The notes under the pieces are model-generated. The model worked only from the letters and a program-made list of their open reading frames with translations. It was not told the origin of the DNA and did not search any database. This document shows, piece by piece, positions 51,423-60,757 of a stretch of 64,000 nucleotides of DNA (positions are counted from its first letter, which is position 1; every line of letters starts with the position of its first letter). The DNA is taken from IMG/VR virus record IMGVR_UViG_3300008117_000046. The stretch is one strand, 5' to 3'. The stretch comes from an uncultured virus (IMG/VR IMGVR_UViG_3300008117_000046). Its lineage: Duplodnaviria > Heunggongvirae > Uroviricota > Caudoviricetes. Made by a program: the position numbers and the translations under genes.

Positions 51423-51925
51423 GTTTCAATCCCTAATAAAGCTTAAACTTAATTGTTTCTTTTTCCTTAATATTTAATCTTCTCCCCAATCTGGGTAGTA
51501 TTGTAAATAGACAGCTTGTCGCTCGATAGCTTCCTTCTCAAGCTTTTCAATTTCTTCGTCATCGAAGTCGTGGTCCCAAATTAGAGAATCAAGAAACTGG
51601 TCTTCTTTCTCTATAAACAATTCCTTCTTAACCATAAAATCTTGGCAACCATAAGACATCCCTCCGCTTTTCCCTATAAAAATAAGCGCATTGTCTTCAA
51701 CGGTCGCCAAAAACTCTTTTAATTGTTTTGCAGTAATCACTTTGTGTCTCCTAAATAAAAAGTTATCTTATCAATATTCGGATTGGGAATCTACCATAAT
51801 TCAATCAGTTTCAATCTCTAGTAGGGTTTAAAACTAATACACAATAACACCTACTATTAACCAATTACGTTGAGTATGATAATGGTGAATCTCAAACCCT
51901 ACTAGGGATTGAGATTAATTCTAAC
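51423..51925 (-). CRISPR. Three degenerate type I-D-like repeats (51423-51459, 51808-51844, 51889-51925); no cas genes
   Basis: Each matches 28-29 of 37 nt by my manual alignment to the Microcystis repeat as I recall it (GTTCCAATTAATCTTAAACCCTATTAGGGATTGAAAC); all three in the same orientation. Confidence 0.65.
51474..51740 (-). CDS. Small acidic hypothetical protein between CRISPR-like repeats
   Basis: 88 aa, D/E-rich, SD AGGAG, GTG start. Confidence 0.65.
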   Translation of the reverse strand: MITAKQLKEFLATVEDNALIFIGKSGGMSYGCQDFMVKKELFIEKEDQFLDSLIWDHDFDDEEIEKLEKEAIERQAVYLQYYPDWGED

Positions 51926-51951
51926 ACAATTTCTAATGTCTGTTAATAACT

Positions 51952-52215
51952 ATGGCTAAGAAGAAGAGCTTCACTTTTAAGAAAGAGCACAAGGATCCGG
52001 ACGGAGGGCTAACAGCTAAGGGCCGCGCTGATTACAATCGCGCTACTGGCTCTAACCTGAAGCCCCCTGCCCCTAATCCCAAGAACAAGACGGATGCGGC
52101 CCGCCGTAAGAGCTTCTGTGCGCGTAGCGCAGGCCAGGCGGATATGCACGATATAGACTGTCGCAAGACACCTAACAAGCGCTTATGCAAGGCCCGCAAG
52201 GCATGGGCATGCTAG
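51952..52215 (+). CDS. DUF6321-like basic phage protein
   Basis: KDPDGGLTAKGR..YN...GSNLKPP...RRKSFCARS...W.C. Confidence 0.8.
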   Translation: MAKKKSFTFKKEHKDPDGGLTAKGRADYNRATGSNLKPPAPNPKNKTDAARRKSFCARSAGQADMHDIDCRKTPNKRLCKARKAWAC

Positions 52216-52228
52216 GACAGCGCTAGTG

Positions 52229-53671
52229 TCAAGTAGTGAATACAGTGACGTGATCACCACCGTATGTATCAGTGGCTATCCTAATGCGCGCCTCACTCTG
52301 AGAGTGGAACCAGCCCTGTGGATCCACGAAGTCAATTATAGGTGGGTTACGCTTACCCTCTTTAACGCGTAAGGCCCGGCCCACCTTTTGAATCATAGAT
52401 ACACCGTCTACTCCTCCCTTACCGCCGGCGGCCATTATAATACTACCAATAGAGCGTATGCTTACACCTAGGCTCAAGATACCCTCACTGGCTATAGCGC
52501 CAGATATAGAGCCCGCTGACAGCTGGTCCAGTACATTGGTTATGTTAGTACTCTTACCATGAATAATGGGTAGAGATGTGCCCAGCGCCTCTAGCTCAGT
52601 CAGTACGTTAAGGGCCTGACTGGCAGGATTCTTCTTCTTACTACTAGTACCTACCTTACGTACTAGGATGAGCACAGGCCCATAGCCGTCTTTTATCAGT
52701 CGGCATGCGTGCCTTGCTATAAGGGCATTGCGGGCTCTATTATTAACTATGACGCTATCGTATAGCTGATTATAGAGATATGGTGTGAAGGGCTTATTGA
52801 ATGAGCTGTGCGTTACTGCACCGGGAGGAGCTGGATAGAACTCGAACTTAGGTTGCATAATGACACCGCTCTCGATGAGAGTAGTCTCTTGATACTCTGC
52901 GAGAAGAGGGCCGAATATAGCCTCCATCATCTTAGGGCGAGTAGGTGTAGCAGTCATGCCAATCTTATAACACGCGTTGACTAATGACAGAGCAGTAGTG
53001 ATACCACTTACATTCATATAGGTATGCGCCTCATCGAACACAGCGACCTCAATACCAGAGAGCCACTCTATATAGCGTCTATCGCCCCGTTTAATACGCT
53101 CATAGAGAGTATCTACGGTAGCGATAGTCATAGCTCCAATATCATCATTACCATCTCCTACTAGCCCAGGAGAGAGGCCCGCCCACTCCTGCACATCCTC
53201 TGCCATCTGGTAGAGTAGACGTACGGTAGGTACTACTATGAGTCGGCGGGCCTCGAAGTACTTCATCAGCGTAGCAATAACAGCGCTCTTCCCATAACCA
53301 GTAGCAGCCCGCACGTAGCCCCGGTAGCCCCGTAATATGCTAGTTATTGCCTCTCGTTGGTCGAGACGTAGTCTAGCGTCTATAACGGGATCGAGTAGAG
53401 TTGGTCGGGGGGGCAATTCTAGAGTAGCGGTATGGCCAGCCCGTCGTAGTAACTCCATATAAAGAGGGAGGAGGCCCGCCAATAAGCGATAGCCTCCTTG
53501 CCCATCTGGATAATAGAGAGGGTAATGAGCGGGTATAGCTAGGAGTTCAATAGGAAGAATACCCGCTATAGAGCGGGCTTCCTCTACGTCTAGCACTGCA
53601 CAGAGATGTCTATGACAGTCTGGCAGTAGTTCTGGTATATAGGCCCAGTTACCATCTACTCGTATTATCAT
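52229..53671 (-). CDS. UvsW-like SF2 DNA helicase
   Basis: ATGYGKS, DEAH, GMTATP and QKVGRALR. Confidence 0.9.
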   Translation of the reverse strand: MIIRVDGNWAYIPELLPDCHRHLCAVLDVEEARSIAGILPIELLAIPAHYPLYYPDGQGGYRLLAGLLPLYMELLRRAGHTATLELPPRPTLLDPVIDARLRLDQREAITSILRGYRGYVRAATGYGKSAVIATLMKYFEARRLIVVPTVRLLYQMAEDVQEWAGLSPGLVGDGNDDIGAMTIATVDTLYERIKRGDRRYIEWLSGIEVAVFDEAHTYMNVSGITTALSLVNACYKIGMTATPTRPKMMEAIFGPLLAEYQETTLIESGVIMQPKFEFYPAPPGAVTHSSFNKPFTPYLYNQLYDSVIVNNRARNALIARHACRLIKDGYGPVLILVRKVGTSSKKKNPASQALNVLTELEALGTSLPIIHGKSTNITNVLDQLSAGSISGAIASEGILSLGVSIRSIGSIIMAAGGKGGVDGVSMIQKVGRALRVKEGKRNPPIIDFVDPQGWFHSQSEARIRIATDTYGGDHVTVFTT

Positions 53672-54834
53672 TCGGCCCAGGGGTTCCCATTAATCTCAAT
53701 TGTCTCTTCTTCTACAATTTCCGCAGGACACGGGCCAGCACTCTTTGTGTTACTAAAGTCACCCTCATTGAGAACATTAATCTCACCAGTAGGATTAATC
53801 TGCTGCCAGTACTTGCGTGCCGTCTTAATAGCCCCTAAGTCAGGAATCTCCTTAACTGCGAAGTTTAGTGATGCCTTGGGGTTCTTATCTTCTGGATTAG
53901 GCGGTACGATACTAATGATAATAGTCTGAAAATAAGGGCTCATCTTCATTGCAATAGTATCGCGTTTGCCAACAGGGGCATTATTGAAGTCCTTGCTGTG
54001 CTTGTAGATGAGATTATTGACCATGGCTTCATAACCAACACTAGTCCACTGTTTAGTTGAGGCATCCCAGATACCACGACGAGTAGACTTTGCCTTGAGG
54101 GGAATAATTAGGATGAAGCCAGTATCATCCATGAGTTCTTTCACTGTATAGTCATTGAAGGTAGATGTGACCTTGCCTCCCTTATTGGACAATACTCGAG
54201 TGGTGAAGCCTGTAACATAGAAGATAATCTGGCCCGTCGGGCTACAGGTAACAGGGCGGTCCTTACCTTCTACCTCTTGACTATGTAGGCCTGCGCGAAT
54301 ACATTCACTACAGGTCATGCCCTTCTTACCAACTAGACCTAGCTTATCGACAATAGGTAGAGGGCGATTGGGTGGATCTCCATATTCAGTTACGCCCTTG
54401 AGACATACGTTCTCAGGGAGGGCCTGGATTAGTTTAATACTACCATCAGGATAGGTACGCTTATATCCCACACTATTACAGAAGCGCACATATTTACTAT
54501 TAGCTTCATCCCAATAGCTGTGGTCTAACTGCGCCTGGTGCTGTAGTATTACGCCCTGTAACCGTACAATCACACCATTCACGCCCTCGAATTGTTCGAA
54601 TAACTTCTGGTCATCCTGGCCTGGGTAGGCCCAGCGCATCTCTTGGCTATCTTGATAACTAGCGCTATTAAGACGGCGGACGACAATATCCTTAGGCAGC
54701 GAGGTAAAGAATGTATTGGGACTACTCTTCGATGTATTGATATCAATAGTATCAGTGATGGTATTGATATCAATGTTCAGTTCAGTAGCTAAACTAAGAT
54801 AATCGTTATCGACATTAAGTAATAAATCAGACAT
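53668..54834 (-). CDS. Hypothetical protein, possible ssDNA-binding protein
   Basis: Replication-module context; Cys motifs; acidic tail ending NPWAE. Confidence 0.45.
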   Translation of the reverse strand: MSDLLLNVDNDYLSLATELNIDINTITDTIDINTSKSSPNTFFTSLPKDIVVRRLNSASYQDSQEMRWAYPGQDDQKLFEQFEGVNGVIVRLQGVILQHQAQLDHSYWDEANSKYVRFCNSVGYKRTYPDGSIKLIQALPENVCLKGVTEYGDPPNRPLPIVDKLGLVGKKGMTCSECIRAGLHSQEVEGKDRPVTCSPTGQIIFYVTGFTTRVLSNKGGKVTSTFNDYTVKELMDDTGFILIIPLKAKSTRRGIWDASTKQWTSVGYEAMVNNLIYKHSKDFNNAPVGKRDTIAMKMSPYFQTIIISIVPPNPEDKNPKASLNFAVKEIPDLGAIKTARKYWQQINPTGEINVLNEGDFSNTKSAGPCPAEIVEEETIEINGNPWAE

Positions 54835-54945
54835 ATTCGTGTAATTGTATGTGGTGTATATCTGGTTTAGGTGAACCAGTAACCTTATAGACGCGACTAA
54901 TCAATGCGATAGCCGTAGTTATGCGGCAGGAGCCAGCACTCGGTC

Positions 54946-55632
54946 CTAGTTCAGAAGTGTATCAAGAAAGGCGAGGTCGTCTTCTGATGGGGTGGGCCCC
55001 ACTCTAGCTATCCACTCCTCTAGCGCTAGTACCAGCCAGCTAGAGCGTGGGCCACCTGCTCTAACACAGGCAGCTACTCTCTCTATAGCAACACCTATAC
55101 TATCAGTGCGGCTATTAGACATCAATGCTACATATACCTCACTATCTAGGTTAAGTATGTGGCGGGCCCCGCGACCCAGGCGTACTCGGTTACTCCGAGT
55201 GCTAGGCTCGACCCAATCTGCTGGCTTACCAGTCTCCTTATAGAGCAGGCTAAGTATTAATAGCTCTGCTCCCAGGCGACGAGGGGCCATATGATAGGCT
55301 CGCCATAGATTAAGGCGCCCCTGCTGCGTGAGTACGCCCCCTACCTTATTCAGGATAGCCTGATACTGATTGGGGTCTACCTCATAACTTGTACCGCGAG
55401 CGGCCCATGCAACTGGTATCCTATCGAAGACGAGATAGGCGGTGTTACCCTCTACCTGTGTTACATGATCGATAGCAGGGGGCCCCTCCCATATAACCAC
55501 CACTGGCTCTAGGAAGTTACCCCACTCGAGACAGGTCGCATCGTGTCCTACTAGAGGAGTAATACCCTGCTGCCGCAAGTGATAGTTGAGTAGAGTGACA
55601 GGTGTAGTAGTCAGGTATATCACTGCAGCCAC
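54946..55632 (-). CDS. Hypothetical protein, possible clamp-loader delta-like subunit
   Basis: Coupled to the gamma/tau-like gene; RRLGAELLILSL helix. Weak evidence. Confidence 0.35.
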   Translation of the reverse strand: MAAVIYLTTTPVTLLNYHLRQQGITPLVGHDATCLEWGNFLEPVVVIWEGPPAIDHVTQVEGNTAYLVFDRIPVAWAARGTSYEVDPNQYQAILNKVGGVLTQQGRLNLWRAYHMAPRRLGAELLILSLLYKETGKPADWVEPSTRSNRVRLGRGARHILNLDSEVYVALMSNSRTDSIGVAIERVAACVRAGGPRSSWLVLALEEWIARVGPTPSEDDLAFLDTLLN

Positions 55633-56723
55633 CTCAGTCCCGTACCTCGAGTTAATAGCAGGGGTACGGGGGGCACCACACTAGTACCCAGATGGGCTAG
55701 TAGAACAGCCTCTAGTGGGTACGACTTATTACCCCACCAGCGAGCCAGGTCAGCAAGTAATCGTTCTATAGAGGGATTAGGTCCAGTAATTCTATTAATG
55801 ATATCCTCCACTAGAAGGCCCGCGATTACCTCCCCATTAACGTCGAGTCGCCACATCTTGATATAAGCGCGGACGGTTCTCACATCACTAAGGGCCAGGG
55901 CGCTCCAGAATGCAGCTCGGCCCTCTACAGTAGCGCCACCTGCTAGTTCATCATAAACTAGGTCATAGGTGATATCCTCTACTGTATTAACTAGTAATAG
56001 TCGCTCTAGAAGAGACCATGCTCTACCAGCGCTACCGGCCAGTTTAACGAGGGCCTGAGCTGCCTCCAGCTCTATGTTCATTATATCACAAATACGCCCT
56101 GCCATATCATCAATGGGAGGATTAGATAGCGGTACCTCTAAGCAGCGGCGCTCTATGGCCTGGCTCGTCACCTTATTAGTCATTAGCTTCTGCTTATCCA
56201 TAGTGCACAGGATCCAACTGGTATGATTGGGTCCGAACTCAATGGCCTCTAGTAATAGAGATGCCAGCTCAGGGCTGATACGTTGAAATTCATCGAGGAT
56301 GATGAACTGGCGATACTGATCTTCTCTATCCCCTACTATTATAGGACTCGCATAGGCTATTTCCAAGTAGCGCTCTATATGAGGCCGGGCCTCAGTAGGG
56401 CTACTGATAGTATAGTGATAAATATTAGTGGTATCGGTACCCAGACATACGGGGCACTCACCGCAGCCCTCCCAGCTACCGGGCTCACGATTAGGACAGA
56501 GAGTGCTACGAGCATATAGTAGGGCTAGTGTAGTCTTACCGCAACCAGGCGGGCCCCACATTAACATATTCCCTGCTGAGTAAACATTATTACCTGCCGA
56601 GCTATGTAGATTTCTGCTGATAAGAGCCTTAACTAGCGAGATGGCCAATCCGCCACCTACATAGTCAGCTAGTCGGCGGGGCCTATGTTCATTAGATAGG
56701 CTATTAGTCATGGGGACGCACAC
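55620..56723 (-). CDS. DNA polymerase III gamma/tau-like clamp-loader ATPase
   Basis: HRPRRLADYVG, GPPGCGKTT, C..CGECPVC Zn motif, ILDEFQ and IERRC. Confidence 0.85.
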   Translation of the reverse strand: MCVPMTNSLSNEHRPRRLADYVGGGLAISLVKALISRNLHSSAGNNVYSAGNMLMWGPPGCGKTTLALLYARSTLCPNREPGSWEGCGECPVCLGTDTTNIYHYTISSPTEARPHIERYLEIAYASPIIVGDREDQYRQFIILDEFQRISPELASLLLEAIEFGPNHTSWILCTMDKQKLMTNKVTSQAIERRCLEVPLSNPPIDDMAGRICDIMNIELEAAQALVKLAGSAGRAWSLLERLLLVNTVEDITYDLVYDELAGGATVEGRAAFWSALALSDVRTVRAYIKMWRLDVNGEVIAGLLVEDIINRITGPNPSIERLLADLARWWGNKSYPLEAVLLAHLGTSVVPPVPLLLTRGTGLRWLQ

Positions 56724-56879
56724 AGATAATACATACTAGGGTGAAAACTATGACGATAATTGTACCTATCTCCAGAAGAGTGAACCCCTGTTTAGCAACG
56801 TCAATAGTACGTTCAGTAAGACCATAGATGGCCCCAATTAATAGATACCAGTACGCTAGATTCTTAGTATTCATATAAA

Positions 56880-57143
56880 CTAAACAATAATAGTGATGTG
56901 TCCTTCTTGATTATCATGGGGCAGTAGATTGCGCGCAATACTCCAGATCAACTTAGTCTCCTCGATATTAAAATTAGCGGATATCATGTACGTGTCAGTA
57001 ACGTCAGAGTTATAGAGAGGCGCTAGGAGACAGGGTTGATTATTATCATGCCAATAGTAGACGACGATACTCTTGATACCCAGAGAGCGCAACTTATTGA
57101 ATAAGGCAGCCCGCTCTGTGACATGTTTATTTTGTGTTTGCAT
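56880..57143 (-). CDS. Hypothetical protein
   Basis: 87-aa ORF overlapping the UDG end. Confidence 0.5.
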   Translation of the reverse strand: MQTQNKHVTERAALFNKLRSLGIKSIVVYYWHDNNQPCLLAPLYNSDVTDTYMISANFNIEETKLIWSIARNLLPHDNQEGHITIIV

Positions 57144-57882
57144 AGTTCAGTATCTCTTGCTTAATGATATTTATATCCTTCCTGAAGTACCACATCATAC
57201 TACCTACAGGGACGGGGTTCCACATACGAGTCTTAACTACCTTATCGATGTCACTATCTCGCAGGGCTTTCTTACTGCGAAGTAGGGCCTCGAGGTCACG
57301 TTTAACATCCTCTTCATCTATAGTAGTCTTATAGAAGACACCTCTCTCTACCTCTATTGGATTAAACGTAGTTACAGTAGGATGGCCCCGCCAGTTATAG
57401 ACAGCCCCTCTGTAATTGGCTATAGTGGCGTCGAGACCGTGTATGGCCTTAACTGCTTCGCTACCTGCTAGTAATAGAGGTACGCCAGTTGGTAGTGCTG
57501 TGAGCTCAGGGAGTAGCCAGGTATCCCGACAGCGGGAGCGATGAATATCTTTAACTGTCTTGTCTCGAGGGGAGCACTTTATAGCATTAGTGAAATACAC
57601 TAACTTATTAATGGGGGGCCCATCCCACGTGGGGTCACACTCTATAGCCCAATATAAGCAACGCCGGAGGAAGGCCCCGGCGCCACTAGTATCTTCACTG
57701 TTAGTGCCGGGAGCGAGGCTCATCTTAGTGGCCTCCTCACGTTTACCAGGATAGGCTGAGATAGCTACTAGTATTACATCTTCAATAGGTTTCTCAGACT
57801 GACCACTCACTGCCTGCCTAGTAGATAGACTACATACAGTACACTGCGGGTTGAATTGTACGGCTTGGTATAACGCTGTCAT
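57127..57882 (-). CDS. Uracil-DNA glycosylase family 4-like protein
   Basis: CTVCSL, AYPGKRE, AGAFL, YFTNAIKCSP and TFNP. Confidence 0.8.
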   Translation of the reverse strand: MTALYQAVQFNPQCTVCSLSTRQAVSGQSEKPIEDVILVAISAYPGKREEATKMSLAPGTNSEDTSGAGAFLRRCLYWAIECDPTWDGPPINKLVYFTNAIKCSPRDKTVKDIHRSRCRDTWLLPELTALPTGVPLLLAGSEAVKAIHGLDATIANYRGAVYNWRGHPTVTTFNPIEVERGVFYKTTIDEEDVKRDLEALLRSKKALRDSDIDKVVKTRMWNPVPVGSMMWYFRKDINIIKQEILNYANTK

Positions 57883-57941
57883 TGAAAAACTGGGCCTGAA
57901 ACCCCGCCCTCCGCTATCGCTAAAGGGCGGCTTTATACAAG

Positions 57942-58937
57942 TTAGTGAGAAACAATTAAACCGTTAGAACGACGAATTAACTGAATCTTGCTAACAACTA
58001 TTTGTCCCAATCGTTTCCAACTGGTATCGCTTACAGATAGCTGTTTTTCGGTATCTCCACTAACATAACCAATCCCTTTGGGAGAAGAAACTAAATCTCC
58101 TTTACGGAACCCAAAGGGAGCGTTTGTTACTTTAACAGAACCCTTCCAATCATGTCCATGTCCATTATAAGTATGGAATGGCAAATAATCTAAAAAGTGA
58201 AAACAGGCAAGAGCAATTCCATCGTTAGCATGACTTTCGGGTGATTGTTCTGCTTTATTTTTAGACTTTTCTAGTCGCAAATGTTTTCTGAGATTAGAAG
58301 TTTGCCAACCAAAGCGAGTATGGACTGTTGCAAACTGAGACAGTTGCTCAATAGTCCATTTCTGTCCAACCATAACCGGCGAAAAACCTTTTCCAGACTT
58401 AGCTCCTTTCCTGCCCGAAGTTAAATCAACATCAGCTTTAACGTACTCAAAATAAATATCGGTAATTGGATAGATTTTGGTTAGTTCGGAAACGACTCGA
58501 AGTTCAAGTTGACGATTAGCTCTGATTGAAGGGGCCAACTTAGATTTTCTTCTGTTGGAGAATCGTTTTTGTCTATGCGCCCGTGACTTAAAAGGAATGT
58601 GGCGGTTGATACGCCGTCCCCTTCTACCCCGTCGCATTAATCGCCGATTATCCATGCGTTCTCTTACTCGCTTAAAGGGAAGTTCTAAGTGAGCTTTCCA
58701 GAGAGTGAAAAGAGAGGATTGAACGCCAATTCCAGAGAATAATTTACCCGGGTCAATACCAATGGCAATCGGTTGGGTTTTACTATCGGAAGGCTCGGTG
58801 ATTAACTGGACATAGAAAATATCTAAGTCGTTGAATTTACCGATAGCTTTTCCTTCCTTAATCCACCGTCTAGCCCGACTAGGTTTAGTCGGCATTAACG
58901 GTTTTCCGTCTTTTGAGATTACAGGTACTCTTTGCAT
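57942..58937 (-). CDS. isrB: IsrB (RRXRR/PLMP RNA-guided nickase), probably with an in-frame C-terminal deletion
   Basis: PLMP motif, RuvC-I GIDPG, bridge helix RRLMRRGRRGRR, RuvC-II FEYV, RuvC-III SHANDG; no HNH domain. Confidence 0.85.
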   Translation of the reverse strand: MQRVPVISKDGKPLMPTKPSRARRWIKEGKAIGKFNDLDIFYVQLITEPSDSKTQPIAIGIDPGKLFSGIGVQSSLFTLWKAHLELPFKRVRERMDNRRLMRRGRRGRRINRHIPFKSRAHRQKRFSNRRKSKLAPSIRANRQLELRVVSELTKIYPITDIYFEYVKADVDLTSGRKGAKSGKGFSPVMVGQKWTIEQLSQFATVHTRFGWQTSNLRKHLRLEKSKNKAEQSPESHANDGIALACFHFLDYLPFHTYNGHGHDWKGSVKVTNAPFGFRKGDLVSSPKGIGYVSGDTEKQLSVSDTSWKRLGQIVVSKIQLIRRSNGLIVSH

Positions 58938-58940
58938 GGG

Positions 58941-59153
58941 AGATAATCCTTAAGAGTAAAGTTTAAGTCCCTTAGCCCACCAAACAAACTATGTCTTGTC
59001 TTACAACGTCTCACCAATGAGACTTAGAGGGAATCCGAACTAGGGAAGTATTCAGAGGTCTGTAAGATTGTTCGGCTCAACGGGCTAGTCTCTACTTGCG
59101 TTGCCTAAATTGGTCTAGGCAAGCCCCGTCTCTTTTAGGGTGGGGTTAGTGAC
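58941..59153 (-). ncRNA. omegaRNA/HEARO scaffold 1
   Basis: Starts GTCACTAACCCC-hairpin-GGGGCTTG, contains TACTTCCCTAGTTC, and lies directly upstream of isrB. Confidence 0.85.
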
Positions 59154-59292
59154 CAGTTAGCTGGACATAGAAAATATCTAAGTCGTTGAATTTGCCGATA
59201 GCTTTTCCTTCCTTAATCCACCGTCTGGCCCGACTGGGTTTGGTGGGCATTAACGGCTTTCCGTCTTTTGAGATAACAGGAACTCTTGCCAT
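59154..59292 (-). pseudogene. isrB: Truncated isrB (PLMP domain only)
   Basis: MARVPVISKDGKPLMP...FYVQLT, cut exactly at the 5' end of scaffold 1. Confidence 0.9.
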
Positions 59293-59294
59293 GG

Positions 59295-59507
59295 AGATAA
59301 TCCTTAAGAGTAAAGTTAAAGTCCCTTTCCGCAACACAATCAAGATGTCTTGTCTAACAACGTCTCACCAATGAGACTTAGAGGGAATCCGAACTAGGGA
59401 AGTATTCGGAAGTCTGTGCCAGATTGTGTCTCGATGCGGTAGTCTCTACTTGCGTCGCCTAAATTGGTCTAGGCAAGCCCTACCCTAAAAAGGACGGGGT
59501 TAGTGAC
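59295..59507 (-). ncRNA. omegaRNA/HEARO scaffold 2
   Basis: Homologous to scaffold 1 with a variant central segment. Confidence 0.85.
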
Positions 59508-59674
59508 ACTCCAGATATAGGGTAGGGCTACAGACAATCCCAGAGATAGAGTAGGGTTAATGACCATTATCAGCCCTGTCCTTTTAGGGTAGAGTTAGTG
59601 ACAGATCTTGCTCCTGTCTTTTTAGGGCGGGGTTAGTGACATTTACTCCTGTCGCCCTAAGGCGGGATTAGTGA

Positions 59675-60757
59675 CTAAGTCTGAATTTCGAAGCTTTCGG
59701 GATCTATGCCTTTATTGAATTCGATTACAGCTTCGCGGGCTGAGGTGTGCTTGGGATCAACACGTACTGCATGGTAGTCATTAGTGCTGGGGCAACGCAT
59801 GGTTAGGATATGCGCGTCCTCGCCACCGAAGTCACCACGGATGATGTGTAACTCGTACTCATTACCGTAACCTACGTAGCTAGTAGTATTATAGGTGCTG
59901 ATGATCTCACTATCCAGGCGCGATAGAATATTCTCGTAGCCCAGCGCCTCAATGAGAATACGGCGATGCTCAGAGTTCATGCCCTTCTCATCATCAAGTA
60001 ACCATTTGGGATCCCAGGTGGAGCTATGACACTGCATGAAGGCCGGTAACGGGGTACCGTGCCATAACCACAATTCAACGCCATCAGAGAACTTAATTGC
60101 GGGCTCACCATCGCAATGAATATCGCCGTCCAGAGTATAATGTACCTTGGGCCGCTCACATACAATACATAACTCCTCATAGGTGTATACCCACGATAAG
60201 TTTTCAGCAATGAGCATGTACTTATCGTAATCCTCCATAGTCACGCCGAGTACCTCGACGCTGAAGTTAGCGAATGCAGCAAAGCTCATACGGCACTCGT
60301 AAGAGAAGTGACCATTAGCAATATAATTGCTACACTCCTTATCCTTAATAGGATCAATGGGGCCCCGCTCTGCAACGTAAGCATCGACGAGTTTCTGGAG
60401 TACAGCCTCGTTCTTAGGAGTAGCGGGCTTACGCTTAAAGAACTCCTTGATTAATGTGAGTTCAGTCTTAGTAAACTTAGTTTTAGTCTTATTACCCTTA
60501 ACGATACTCTGCTCTTCCTTCTCAGCTTTATTGAGAAGAGCAATAATACTGGCCGCCATGATGGGCGAGCTAGTGAAGATAGTACGCGGACAGTCGAGAT
60601 CTCCTAAGTCACAGTGTTTCTTGAGTAGGGCATATAGTTCAGTAACTGCTTGGCGGGCTAGCACTTTATCGAAGGGGCGATCCACCATACGGATCCAGCG
60701 CTCCTTGTAGGTAGGAATTAGCTTTTCATGTTCCGGAGTTAATTCAAGATAAGTCAT
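59675..60757 (-). CDS. DUF6745-like protein
   Basis: CIVCERP...IHCDGEPAIKFSDG..LWHG, N.EHRRILIEALGYE and MRCPST...VRVDP. Confidence 0.8.
   Translation of the reverse strand: MTYLELTPEHEKLIPTYKERWIRMVDRPFDKVLARQAVTELYALLKKHCDLGDLDCPRTIFTSSPIMAASIIALLNKAEKEEQSIVKGNKTKTKFTKTELTLIKEFFKRKPATPKNEAVLQKLVDAYVAERGPIDPIKDKECSNYIANGHFSYECRMSFAAFANFSVEVLGVTMEDYDKYMLIAENLSWVYTYEELCIVCERPKVHYTLDGDIHCDGEPAIKFSDGVELWLWHGTPLPAFMQCHSSTWDPKWLLDDEKGMNSEHRRILIEALGYENILSRLDSEIISTYNTTSYVGYGNEYELHIIRGDFGGEDAHILTMRCPSTNDYHAVRVDPKHTSAREAVIEFNKGIDPESFEIQT

Larger units (their letters stand above)
57883..59675 (-). mobile_element. Composite IS200/IS605-family OMEGA (IsrB-HEARO) insertion
   Basis: 3' end hairpin at 57904-57930, isrB, omegaRNA, truncated second isrB, second omegaRNA and stacked 5' end hairpins; no tnpA. 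Confidence 0.85.

Noticed and set aside
51868..51878. 11-mer cgttgagtatg shared by the spacer and 1328-1338 near the junction
   Set aside because: About one such match is expected by chance in 64 kb; insufficient as a protospacer or att core.
57942..58937. IscB, Cas9 or TnpB
   Set aside because: PLMP domain present, no HNH and no Zn finger; size fits IsrB.
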